Source: Kordiimonadaceae bacterium UBA4441
GTDB taxonomy: Bacteria > Pseudomonadota > Alphaproteobacteria > Sphingomonadales > Emcibacteraceae
DNA: 64,000 bases
Direction: 5' to 3'
NCBI GenBank assembly: GCA_002390425.1
Contig: DGPL01000060.1
Location: 9,473 to 73,472, forward strand
Part shown: in pieces, positions 1-9,504 of the stretch
How the letters are laid out: the number at the start of each line of letters is the position of its first letter
Position numbering within the stretch: position 1 is the first letter of the stretch
Program-made: the position numbers and the translations under genes
The notes under the pieces: generated by a model
Database searches by the model: none
What the model was told of the DNA's origin: nothing
The model's input: only the letters and a program-made list of their open reading frames with translations

Positions 1-576
1 GGTCCCGTCACAGTCAGCGAAGTTTTAATGGTTGGCCCTGATGGTGTGTGTTTCGCTTTAATAGAAAGGATCGCACCACCACTAGAAGAGGACGGCGAGC
101 CTTACGCAATTAGCAGAACGTTTAATTCTACAATGATTGTAAGAGATATTGATAAATCATTTAAATTTTTCAAAGATAAATTAGGTTTTAATACCGTTAT
201 GGAAGTCCTAGGCCATAGGCTTGATGCTGGCCCGAATGTCCTTGGCCTCGCTCATAATATTGTCCCAAATCATGCCATGAACGTTTATATTGTTCATCCA
301 AATGGTGTCACCGATGGCTCAATTGAACTCCTAAAATTAGATGATCTTGAAGGTAGGAATTTTACGCCAAAAGCAAAGCCATATAATCTAGGAATTACGT
401 CACTTCGTTTTCCCGTCACAAATATTGATCAACAATATGATGACCTTAAAGATAAGGACGTCAAACCCATATATGAACCCACTACTTTAGAAATGCAACC
501 ATACGGTAAAGTGAAAATTTTTGCCCTTGAACTTCCCGAAGGTGGATGGGTAGAATACTTTGAACCACTAAATTAG
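1..576 (+). CDS. VOC (glyoxalase/dioxygenase-fold) protein, N-terminus outside window
   Basis: The frame is open from nt 1 (GPVTVSEVL precedes the listed Met at 28). The sequence (FNSTMIVRDIDKSFKFFKDKLGF ... PYGKVKIFALELPEGGWVEYFE) parallels the C-terminal half of the two-domain VOC protein at 9505-10572. Confidence 0.55.
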   Translation, partial: GPVTVSEVLMVGPDGVCFALIERIAPPLEEDGEPYAISRTFNSTMIVRDIDKSFKFFKDKLGFNTVMEVLGHRLDAGPNVLGLAHNIVPNHAMNVYIVHPNGVTDGSIELLKLDDLEGRNFTPKAKPYNLGITSLRFPVTNIDQQYDDLKDKDVKPIYEPTTLEMQPYGKVKIFALELPEGGWVEYFEPLN

Positions 577-584
577 GAAAATTC

Positions 585-1557
585 ATGAAAATCTTTCTTA
601 CAGTCATTACATATTTATTATTATGCACAAATGCCTTTGCACAAACGGCAAATGATGTACTCGACCGTGATTTCAGATTAATGATGAATTGGTTAGAAGG
701 AGAGTTTGATAATTCAGAACAATTTTTCTTCGAAGAAGAAATGAAAGTTCCTACCGATGAACGAAAAACTCGAATTCATATGACATTCAAAAAAAATAGA
801 TCTACCAACAATTGGCGAGAATGTTTTTTACCTAGAACAATATACAGAAAATAAAACTGATAATGTTGGCAGGCAGCGCCTTTTCAATTTTATGCCCGAT
901 TATGAAAATGGAAATATTCGAATGCAAACTTTTACCTTTAAGGATGGTTCAATCGCAGTAGGCCTTCAAAACGAACCTAGTAAGATTGCAAATATCTCAA
1001 TAGATTCTGTTACGTCTATGAATCGAGAATGCGACGCAATATGGAACCGAAGTGCCAATGAATTTGTCGGTAAAATTTCACCTGATAACTGCACGATTGA
1101 AAGCAGAAGAGGTGGCAGTCTTTATATCACTGGACACTTCGTTTTAAGTGAAAACAGTTACTGGACCTATGAGAGCGGACGTCGCGCAGATGGTACATAT
1201 ACATTTGGTAGCGAAAAAATCGATCCGCTAAAGCTAAATAAAGCGCGTTATTTTACTTGCTGGATGGGCGTCCAAAATGATGAAATGGAAAGTGGGTGGA
1301 ACTTCACAGCAAACCAACCTATCCATGACCAGGGTGGAGAAATCTGGATGGCGAAAACAGGCTCTAACCCTGAAAAAATGGCCATTCGTTTGCGAAACGT
1401 TCGGTGGCCATATGGAAACGGGCAAGATAGTCTTGTGATTTATGCGCTTAAAGAAGGACAAGAGAAAGCTGTTTCATATGCATGGGGAGAATATAACGCT
1501 GCACTCTCTGGTATCAACTTACGCTGGCTTCAAGCAGGATGCACCCTTAACCAATAA
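585..1557 (+). pseudogene. CpcT/CpeT-like (DUF1001) exported protein, split by a frameshift in an A8 run
   Basis: ORFs 585-854 and 892-1557 join into one 323-aa protein if one A of the run at 789-796 is skipped. It has a Sec signal peptide, an NWLEGEFDNSEQ motif and a VFYLEQY segment typical of the family. Confidence 0.65.
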
Positions 1558-2734
1558 TTCCATCTGATTTAAATTTTTCAATTTGTTCAGATGAGAAACC
1601 ATTTTCGATCAGAATGGTTTCTGTCTGTTCGCCTATTTCTGGAAGATCATGACGAACACCCATTCTTTTACCGTTCATTTCGATTGGTAGAGCAGGTAAA
1701 CTAGTAGTGTCTCCACCTGGAATATTTAAATCCAATAAACCACCAGATGCATTTAAGTGAGGATCATCAAAAAGATCAGTAGGCTCAGTAATAGGCGCAA
1801 AGGGAAGACCAGTATGTTCAAGTTTTTCCATCAGTTCTTGTTTTGTATAATTCATAAAAACTTGCTGAACGATAGGAACCAATTCTTTTTTGCGTTGCAC
1901 CCTACTCGTGTTATTTTCATATTCTGGGTTATTTGCCAATTCATCAAGGCCAAAGCTTTCGCAAAATTTACGCCATTGCGTATCTGATACAACTCCAACA
2001 AAAAGTTGCTCATTATCCTTTGTGTTAAACACCTGATAAATTGCCCAAGCTGAAACACGTACAGGCATCGGCGCTGCTGCTTTTCCGGTTACAGAATATT
2101 GTGCCATATGTTGCCCCATGAGAAAAACAGTACTTTCATATAATGAACTTTGTACTCTTTGACCTTTGCCCGTTTTCTCACGCTGCTTTAATGCAGCTAA
2201 AATTCCAATAACGCCAAACATGCCACCCATTACATCAATAACACTTGCGCCCGCTCTACTTGGTTTACCGGGCTCACCCGTCATATAAGCCAGCCCACCC
2301 ATCATTTGCGCCACTTCATCAAGGGCCGTTCTATGGGCATATGGCCCTTCTAAGAACCCTTTCTCAGAACAATAAATAAGTTGGTCATTAATTTCATTAA
2401 GCTGGTCATATCCTAAACCTAGCTTATCCATTGCACCTGGTCGGAAATTTTCAATCATCACATCCGTATCAGCAATTAACTTGTGCGCCACCGCAAGTCC
2501 TTCTTCAGACTTTAAATTTAACGTAATACTTTTTTTATTTCGATTATACATTGGGAAATAACCAGACCCAGAACCCACCAATCTTCGTGTATTGTCGCCA
2601 CCGATTGGTTCAACTTTAATAACATCTGCACCCAAATCCGCAAGAATGACACCCACTGTTGGCCCCATAACCATGTGGGTGAATTCAATTATTTTAACAC
2701 CCTCTAATGGTAAACCATGTTCATCAGACATCAT
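1547..2734 (-). CDS. Family III CoA-transferase (CaiB/BaiF type)
   Basis: 395 aa. Typical N-terminus (LEGVKIIEFTHMVMGPTVGVILADLGADVIKVEP), a GDNTR motif and family-typical length. Confidence 0.85.
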   Translation of the reverse strand: MMSDEHGLPLEGVKIIEFTHMVMGPTVGVILADLGADVIKVEPIGGDNTRRLVGSGSGYFPMYNRNKKSITLNLKSEEGLAVAHKLIADTDVMIENFRPGAMDKLGLGYDQLNEINDQLIYCSEKGFLEGPYAHRTALDEVAQMMGGLAYMTGEPGKPSRAGASVIDVMGGMFGVIGILAALKQREKTGKGQRVQSSLYESTVFLMGQHMAQYSVTGKAAAPMPVRVSAWAIYQVFNTKDNEQLFVGVVSDTQWRKFCESFGLDELANNPEYENNTSRVQRKKELVPIVQQVFMNYTKQELMEKLEHTGLPFAPITEPTDLFDDPHLNASGGLLDLNIPGGDTTSLPALPIEMNGKRMGVRHDLPEIGEQTETILIENGFSSEQIEKFKSDGIIG

Positions 2735-2850
2735 TTTTCCTAAATTGAATTAAATATCATTTTGTTATATCATTATATCATTTATTTATATATTTTATTA
2801 AGGGCATGATCAATAAAAATAGTCACCTATTTTGACAAGAAAGACTGAAA

Positions 2851-3786
2851 ATGAAAAATAAAAATTTTATTGAGATAAGTGAGGTCGGACCGCGTGATGG
2901 CCTCCAGAGCATAAAAACAATTATGCCGCTAAAAGCCAAGAAGAAATGGATATCCGCCGCCGCAGATGCGGGTGTGCCTGAAATCGAGGTTGGTTCATTT
3001 GTCCCTGCTCAATTATTACCGCAATTGGCTGACACCGCTGAACTAGTTGCACATGCATTGACCATTCCGAATTTAACCGTTGCCGTTTTGGTTCCAAATC
3101 TAAAAGGAGCAGAAAACGCAATTAAAGCCGGGGCTCATAAAATAACCATTCCTCTTTCTGCAAGCGAAACACATAGTCTAAAAAATGTGAACCGCACTCA
3201 CGCTCAAATGATTGAGGAAGTAAAAAATATTGTCGCCCTGATAAAAACAATGCCATCCGACAAAAAACCAAAATTTGAAGGTGGTATTTCAACGGCATTT
3301 GGATGCACGCTTGAGGGTAAAGTTTCAAAAAGTAAGATTATAGAAATCGCTTATGCATTAATGGATGCGGGTTGTAATGAAGTTGGTCTTTCCGATACGA
3401 CAGGATATGCCACACCAAACCATATTATCAAACTGGTTAAAGCCGTTAAAAGTGAAATCGGTGAACAGAATTTAACTGGATTACATCTTCATAATACCCG
3501 CGGACTTGGGCTTGCAAATGTTGTCGCGGCTCTCGATCACGGCATCACCACTTTCGATGCAAGTCTTGGCGGCATCGGTGGTTGTCCATTCGCCCCGGGT
3601 GCAAGCGGGAATATTGTTACAGAAGATTTGGTCTTCATGTTAAATTCTATGGGTTATGAAACAGGTATCGATATTGAGAAATTATTACACGTAAGAGAAA
3701 TCGTTAAAGAGGCTTTACCAGAAGAAACTTTATATGGTTTCCTTCCAGAAGCAGGCATGCCTAAAGGAGAGTATTATGGTGAGTGA
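2851..3786 (+). CDS. Hydroxymethylglutaryl-CoA lyase-like (HMGL family) enzyme
   Basis: 311 aa. EVGPRDGLQ at the N-terminus, LSDTTGYATP and HLHNTRGLGLANVVAAL motifs. Divergent from the CoA-transferase gene. Confidence 0.85.
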   Translation: MKNKNFIEISEVGPRDGLQSIKTIMPLKAKKKWISAAADAGVPEIEVGSFVPAQLLPQLADTAELVAHALTIPNLTVAVLVPNLKGAENAIKAGAHKITIPLSASETHSLKNVNRTHAQMIEEVKNIVALIKTMPSDKKPKFEGGISTAFGCTLEGKVSKSKIIEIAYALMDAGCNEVGLSDTTGYATPNHIIKLVKAVKSEIGEQNLTGLHLHNTRGLGLANVVAALDHGITTFDASLGGIGGCPFAPGASGNIVTEDLVFMLNSMGYETGIDIEKLLHVREIVKEALPEETLYGFLPEAGMPKGEYYGE

Positions 3787-4112
3787 CAATCAAAAAAAGA
3801 CATCTGTTTACAGTTGTACACGCCATTGACCATTTAGACGAAGGTGTTAAGAAAACTCGCGACGAATTATTAATGGCTCATAGTGATTATGTCGTCAGTA
3901 TTATGGATGAGATTATTGTTGCCGGGCCAATGTTCGCTGATGACAATAAAACAATAGTGGGATCAATTCTGATCTATAAGACAGACGACAAAAGTGAAGC
4001 CGAAAATTTACTTAAGGGTGACCCTTATTATTCTGCTGACATCTGGGACAAAATATCCATAAACACGTTTCGTGGTGCGGTCGGTGATGTTGTTGGCGGC
4101 AAGGCCTTTTAA
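3783..4112 (+). CDS. YciI-family protein
   Basis: 109 aa with a GTG start overlapping the upstream stop. Has the GPMFADD...GSILIYKTDDKSEAENLLKGDPY pattern typical of YciI-like proteins. Confidence 0.65.
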   Translation: MTIKKRHLFTVVHAIDHLDEGVKKTRDELLMAHSDYVVSIMDEIIVAGPMFADDNKTIVGSILIYKTDDKSEAENLLKGDPYYSADIWDKISINTFRGAVGDVVGGKAF

Positions 4113-4171
4113 AAAAAAAGGACGCCCCTTATTTAAAAGAGGCGCCACAGTATTAGGCAGCATGTAATTCT

Positions 4172-4864
4172 TTAAAAAGGTTTTGTAACCCCTAAGAAGG
4201 CCATCGAAATAATACTAACCCAGTAAATATAAGCGCATTTACGACCCAACGCTAATGTGTCCGTGAAAATCGCCTCGATTTCCGGATTAGAACCTTCATC
4301 GCGTAATCTGTGAAACGCAACAGCCCAGCCTTTCATAATTATTCTAAGTGCCAAGCCGATGATTAAAATAAATCCGAAGAATACAAGTTTCGTTGCGAAC
4401 CAATATTGTCCGTAAACTTCCATTCCAGTGCCTAAAACTTCACCTGTGTAAAGCGTATAGCCGCCTAAAAACCAAAGGCCAGGAATAACAATGTAGCGAA
4501 TTTTATCGTCAAATTCTGTAATCTTAATACCGAGCTGTGTTCCACGGTTTTTAAATGCCGCAAAAATTAAACACCACCAAAGTGCTGTTGCGACCCAGAC
4601 GATCGGAACCCAAATGCCCGTCACCGGTGATAAGCCTAAATTATCGGCCATATGGAACCCAACAGGCAGCAGCCAAATAATTGCGGAACGCGGTAATATA
4701 TCGATACGGTACGCCGTTTCCATATGCCGCATACGATCTTCAAAACTTAATTTTGCATTAGCGACATTTGTCGAAGCATTGAATACCCCCCATTCACCGC
4801 CCAACCAATATGCTGCAAATATTACATGTAACCACCTGAGTACATCATGCATCATTATATCCAT
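4172..4864 (-). CDS. Polytopic membrane protein of unknown family (paralog of 10574-11281)
   Basis: 230 aa with several hydrophobic helices. Shares WLGGEWGVF/WLGADVGVF, (I/M)(L/V)PRSA, EGS(N/S)(P/D)E(I/T)E and C-terminal (T/I)KPF blocks with the 235-aa ORF at 10574-11281. Confidence 0.6.
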   Translation of the reverse strand: MDIMMHDVLRWLHVIFAAYWLGGEWGVFNASTNVANAKLSFEDRMRHMETAYRIDILPRSAIIWLLPVGFHMADNLGLSPVTGIWVPIVWVATALWWCLIFAAFKNRGTQLGIKITEFDDKIRYIVIPGLWFLGGYTLYTGEVLGTGMEVYGQYWFATKLVFFGFILIIGLALRIIMKGWAVAFHRLRDEGSNPEIEAIFTDTLALGRKCAYIYWVSIISMAFLGVTKPF

Positions 4865-4949
4865 ATCAATATTCCTTATTGTTTTAAATTTTCTCTAGCA
4901 TTCACATTTAAACTGAATAACACATTGATAAATGTCACACCCGACATTG

Positions 4950-5738
4950 CTAGGTTAGAAATACCCTTATTTGATCAATGAATTCAGCGGGACAATTTTC
5001 AAACAAATCCGCTTGAATATGCGGCATTTCAATCACTTCTGCATTTTTGAATAAACCCGCCGCTGCTCTTGAACTTGCTGCAAGCATTTCATCTGGAATT
5101 GGAATGAGAACAGGTTTTTCTATTAATGAGAGACTATTTTCAATATCATAATCAAATACAGCCATAAAACCCCAGTTAGATTTAAGACCAGCTCTCATCA
5201 CTTCCGCAAACATTTCAATTTTGCGCTCATTATTCCAGCCCTCTTTCTCACTCTCTAAGCCCTCATTCCATTTATTTGCAAGGAAACCTTTGTCTTCAAA
5301 ATACGGACGCGGTGTTTCATAGTTTTTACGGAATGCTGATCTTTTATCTTTTGGAACTAATGGAATACCAGGAAGTATAAGCTTGCGAATCTTATCTGGT
5401 AATATATTTGTAAGTTCTGCCGCAATTAGAACGCCAGTATGAAATCCTAAAAGATCGACTTGCTCATAGCCCAAACTATTCACTAACTCCACCATTGCTT
5501 TTGTAATTTCTTCGATGGAAGCTGGATTAGCTGGTGCTGATGATCCACCATACCCTGGTGTATCAGGACAAATGACTATCCTGTCAGAGGATATCTTCTG
5601 TTGGAATTTCTCATAATACCTTCCTGAATAAGGGGAAATATGGAAACATATCAATGGCACATTTTTTTCATTTTCCCCTTGTTGGTAATAATGAAGTTGA
5701 CCAAATTGACAGTCGATATAATGAGCGGTTCTAGGCAT
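4950..5738 (-). CDS. Alpha/beta-hydrolase-fold protein with atypical nucleophile elbow (GFHTG)
   Basis: 262 aa. VPLICFHISPYSG, ICPDTPGYGGS and VDLLGFHTGVLIAAE blocks. Resembles the N-terminal domain of the 545-aa protein at 11317-12954. Confidence 0.7.
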   Translation of the reverse strand: MPRTAHYIDCQFGQLHYYQQGENEKNVPLICFHISPYSGRYYEKFQQKISSDRIVICPDTPGYGGSSAPANPASIEEITKAMVELVNSLGYEQVDLLGFHTGVLIAAELTNILPDKIRKLILPGIPLVPKDKRSAFRKNYETPRPYFEDKGFLANKWNEGLESEKEGWNNERKIEMFAEVMRAGLKSNWGFMAVFDYDIENSLSLIEKPVLIPIPDEMLAASSRAAAGLFKNAEVIEMPHIQADLFENCPAEFIDQIRVFLT

Positions 5739-5747
5739 ATTATTTCC

Positions 5748-6330
5748 TTAGTTTTCCTGAGGGATCATTTCATACATTTCAACCCTAATACCATTCGGGT
5801 CAAACGCTGAAAAAGACATAGATCGCCCTGTAGCGCTAGGAGAAAGTGGGGTAAAGTGGGGTAACGATTTGAATACCATTATCGACTAGAGATTTATAAA
5901 TCTTTTTAATATTTTGAACTCTATGAACCATCGTTGTCTCACCATGAACGGCTTTTATACTATCCATTACTCTGTTATATTCATGGAGAGTATCACTTTT
6001 AATTTCTACGAGTGCTAACCCACCAGCGAAACTTCCCAGTTCCGTATATTCTGGCTTCGGGCTTAAATAAACGATACGCGTGTCTATTTCCTGATCAATA
6101 CCAAGTGTATCCTTTGATTTTCCTGGTGTCACAGGGCTATCAGACCGATTGATGAACCCCATATATTCCGTATAAAATTTCAAAGACGCTTCCATGTCTT
6201 TCACATATATTGCCGCATTAGTCATAAAAGATTGAACGGGAATATCTTCCTGAGCATTTACTATGTTTGCTGAAAATAACATGATGGTTGCGAGAAAATA
6301 TGAAATTGCTCGGTTAATAATTTTGATCAT
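5748..6330 (-). pseudogene. Exported VOC/glyoxalase-fold protein, C-terminus displaced by a 10-bp tandem duplication
   Basis: The listed ORF 5836-6330 ends ...IVTPLYPTFS*. AAAGTGGGGT is repeated at 5843-5852 and 5853-5862. Deleting one copy extends the frame to a TAA at 5748-5750 and gives ...SFSAFDPNGIRVEMYEMIPQEN. Sec signal MIKIINRAISYFLATIMLFSANIVNA|QE. Confidence 0.65.
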
Positions 6331-6463
6331 TATATCTGTCCTTGATTGAATATACCCTACACTTCTTATTGAATATTTTTAAAGCAATAAACGCAATGAT
6401 ATTTGTCACCGACTTGCAGTTACCATCCACCTAAGATAACGTCAAAAGTCCTGGAGAGTAATA

Positions 6464-7501
6464 ATGCAGAATTTAATAAATAACCAATGGCGCATTGCTG
6501 CAAGACCTGATGGTAATGTCAAAATAACCGATTTTGAATTTCATCAAGAACAAGTCGCTACTCTTAATGATGGGGAATTTTTATTAAGAACGCATTATTT
6601 AAACCTCGCCCCGGTAATGCGTATGTATATGCAAGGAATTTCAGCCGCAGGTGAAAAACCACTTTCCATAGGTGACGTCATTCACGGACGTGGCGTTGGT
6701 CAAGTCATCGATAGCAAGCATCCCGATTATCAAGTTGGTGATGTCGTTCAAGGGCAAATCGGCTGGCAAACATATAAAATTTCTAAAGGCACGAAACGAG
6801 AGCGTTTTTATAAAATGCCTCAAAGAGGTCTTTCCTATTCATTAGGTGTCAGTCAATTGGGCATGACAGGATTTAGTGCATATTGTGGTTTTGTAAAATG
6901 TGGCTTTCCAAAAGCCGGCGACACCGTACTTGTCTCTGGTGCTGGCGGTGGTGTCGGATCCATTGTTACCCAAATAGCAAAAATATTAGGATGTACTGTT
7001 ATTGGTATCGCTGGCGGTAAAGAAAAATGTGATTTCGTAAAATCACTGGGGGCAGACAGTGTCATAGATTATAAAAATGAAGACGTCGCCAATAGAGTTA
7101 ATGAATTAGCAAGTGATGGATTAGACATATATTTCGACAATGTTGGCGGTGAAACTCTGGTCGCAGCATTGAATAACTTAGCCATGAATTCTCGGATAGT
7201 GTTATGCGGTTCAATATCAGAATACATGTTAGATGAGCCGTTCGGCCCTAGCAATTATACCAACCTTAGATCAACGAATTCTTCGATGAATGGTTTTTTT
7301 GTCTATAACCATGAAGCTGATTTTTCCGAGGCAGAAGAAAAAATCGCTAAATGGATTAAAGACGGCCTTATAAAAGTAAAAGAGGATATAACGATAGGGT
7401 TTGAAAATATGCCATATGGCCTTCAAAATTTATACAGTGGCAAAAACCGTGGTGTCGCTCTTTGTAGGATACTAGATGATTCAGAACTGATATTTGATTA
7501 A
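6464..7501 (+). CDS. NADP-dependent oxidoreductase, medium-chain dehydrogenase/reductase family (YncB/CurA/alkenal reductase-like)
   Basis: 345 aa. A GAGGGVGSIVTQIAK nucleotide-binding loop, with the N-terminus and length typical of zinc-independent MDR enone reductases. Confidence 0.85.
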   Translation: MQNLINNQWRIAARPDGNVKITDFEFHQEQVATLNDGEFLLRTHYLNLAPVMRMYMQGISAAGEKPLSIGDVIHGRGVGQVIDSKHPDYQVGDVVQGQIGWQTYKISKGTKRERFYKMPQRGLSYSLGVSQLGMTGFSAYCGFVKCGFPKAGDTVLVSGAGGGVGSIVTQIAKILGCTVIGIAGGKEKCDFVKSLGADSVIDYKNEDVANRVNELASDGLDIYFDNVGGETLVAALNNLAMNSRIVLCGSISEYMLDEPFGPSNYTNLRSTNSSMNGFFVYNHEADFSEAEEKIAKWIKDGLIKVKEDITIGFENMPYGLQNLYSGKNRGVALCRILDDSELIFD

Positions 7502-7531
7502 GATAGAGAAAATGCAGGAAGGAAATTAAGA

Positions 7532-8104
7532 ATGCCACAACCAGACCATGTTATGAATCTGAAAGTTCCCGATTTCGATAGTCTTGATGATGATGTCAAA
7601 AAATATCTTAATATTTGTAAAGAGAAACTAGGCATTATTCCTAACGTACTGCTAACCTATACATTTAATCAAAATAAGTTTCGTACATTTAGCCGCATGT
7701 ATAATGAAGTAGTGTTGGGCACTTCTGGTTTATCTGTCCTTGAACGGGAAATGATTGCTGTGGTCGTCTCATCCTGCAACAAATGCTATTATTGTCTTGT
7801 GGCACATGGGCAGGCCGTGCGTGAACTTGCTGATGATCCTGAACTAGGAGAGTTACTTGTTATGAATTGGCGCGCTGCCGGTCTAGAGGGGCGACATTTC
7901 GCAATGCTAGAATATGCTGAAAAGTTAACAAAAACGCCCGAACTAATATCAAACGAAGACACTTTTAAGTTAACAGAAGCAGGTTTTTCAGAAGCTGATT
8001 TATTTGACATTGCTGATGTAGCGGCCTTTTTTAATTACACCAACCGCATGGCCTTAAGCCTTGATATGATGCCAAATATTGAATATCACTCAAAAAATCG
8101 ATAA
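7532..8104 (+). CDS. AhpD-like / carboxymuconolactone decarboxylase-family peroxidase-related protein
   Basis: 190 aa. Has the CNKCYYCLVAHG motif characteristic of the AhpD-core family. Confidence 0.75.
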   Translation: MPQPDHVMNLKVPDFDSLDDDVKKYLNICKEKLGIIPNVLLTYTFNQNKFRTFSRMYNEVVLGTSGLSVLEREMIAVVVSSCNKCYYCLVAHGQAVRELADDPELGELLVMNWRAAGLEGRHFAMLEYAEKLTKTPELISNEDTFKLTEAGFSEADLFDIADVAAFFNYTNRMALSLDMMPNIEYHSKNR

Positions 8105-8128
8105 TTCGGATGATGGGACAGTCTTATT

Positions 8129-9493
8129 GTGACACAAGAGAGCCAAAATACATCAATGTCTAAACAAGATAATCCTGACGAAAATCAAAACCATCTTCAC
8201 AGATTAGTTGCTGATAGTCCCATGAGTACAATACAAGTCATCGTGGTCGTAATGTGTTTTATTCTCAATATGATAGATGGCATGGATATTCTTGTGGTGT
8301 CTTTTACGGCCACCAAACTAGAAACAGAGTGGGGTCTTTCAAAAACGGAACTGGGATATATTTTTAGTGTTGGCCTAATTGGGATGATGATTGGGTGTCT
8401 TTTACTCGCTCCTATCGCGGACAAAATTGGCCGTGCAAAAATGATCATGTTTTCCATGTCGCTCGTCGCGATCAGTATGCTAACGACTGCCGTAATTGAT
8501 AGTTATGGTTTGATGTTAATTTTAAGACTGATGACAGGTATTGGTATCGGCTGTCTTCTGCCTACCATGGCGGCAATGGCAACCGAGTTCTCCAACGACA
8601 AAAGACGCGATTTTAATGTTGCCTTTTTTCAAGCAGGCTGGCCTATTGGTGCTATTTTAACTGGTCTTTTTGTGTCGTGGGTGGTTCCGCTTTATGGATG
8701 GCGTGCCGCTTATCTTACGGCCGGTTGTTTTTCTCTCGCGATGATACCATTAATTTATTTCTTTATGCCTGAATCATTAGAATTTCTCGCAAAGAAACAA
8801 CCAAAAAATGCTTTGAAAATGATCAACATTTTACTTAAATCCATGGGGCATGCTGCTTTAGAAATCTTGCCGGAAAAACCAAACAAAAAAACCGCATCAA
8901 TTCAAGTAACGGCTTTATTCAGTAATAATTTAAAACTTTCCACTCTTTTACTTTGGTCAGGTGTCTTCTTTTCATTTATGACGCTCTATACGCTCATCAG
9001 CTGGATACCGAATATTGCTACAACGACCGGAATGCCTTTTGAACTCGCGACTTATGCTGGAACTGTATTAAACCTTGGTGCTTTTGCAGGGACTGTCGGC
9101 ATAGGTTATTTAGCAGCGCACATGGGATTAAATCGTTTGATTTTTTTATATATGACCGGTGGTTTTATATTAATGTCACTCTACGCTAATCTTAATATGG
9201 GTTACTTCATCATGTTTTTATTAATCCTCTTAATTGGCTTTACCGTTCAGGGTGGCATGACAGGATTTTACCCTGCAGCCGCGAGAGTTTATCCATTAAA
9301 TATAAGAACGACAGGGATCGGGTGGGCAATGGGCATTGGCCGAACCGGTGCCATCGCAGGGCCCGCATTATTCGGTATTATTTTTGATGCAGGTGTATCT
9401 ATTCAAATGCTATTTATTATTTTTTCCGTCCCCCTTTTCATTGCAGGAATAAGCGCGTTTCTTATCCCTTCTTCCTTTTTTAAGAATAATTAG
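8129..9493 (+). CDS. MFS transporter (aromatic-acid/H+ symporter-like)
   Basis: 454 aa with about 12 predicted helices and an MFS signature, GLIGMMIGCLLLAPIADKIGRAK. GTG start as listed; an ATG at 8156 is an alternative. Confidence 0.85.
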   Translation: MTQESQNTSMSKQDNPDENQNHLHRLVADSPMSTIQVIVVVMCFILNMIDGMDILVVSFTATKLETEWGLSKTELGYIFSVGLIGMMIGCLLLAPIADKIGRAKMIMFSMSLVAISMLTTAVIDSYGLMLILRLMTGIGIGCLLPTMAAMATEFSNDKRRDFNVAFFQAGWPIGAILTGLFVSWVVPLYGWRAAYLTAGCFSLAMIPLIYFFMPESLEFLAKKQPKNALKMINILLKSMGHAALEILPEKPNKKTASIQVTALFSNNLKLSTLLLWSGVFFSFMTLYTLISWIPNIATTTGMPFELATYAGTVLNLGAFAGTVGIGYLAAHMGLNRLIFLYMTGGFILMSLYANLNMGYFIMFLLILLIGFTVQGGMTGFYPAAARVYPLNIRTTGIGWAMGIGRTGAIAGPALFGIIFDAGVSIQMLFIIFSVPLFIAGISAFLIPSSFFKNN

Positions 9494-9504
9494 AAAGCGA
9501 GAAT

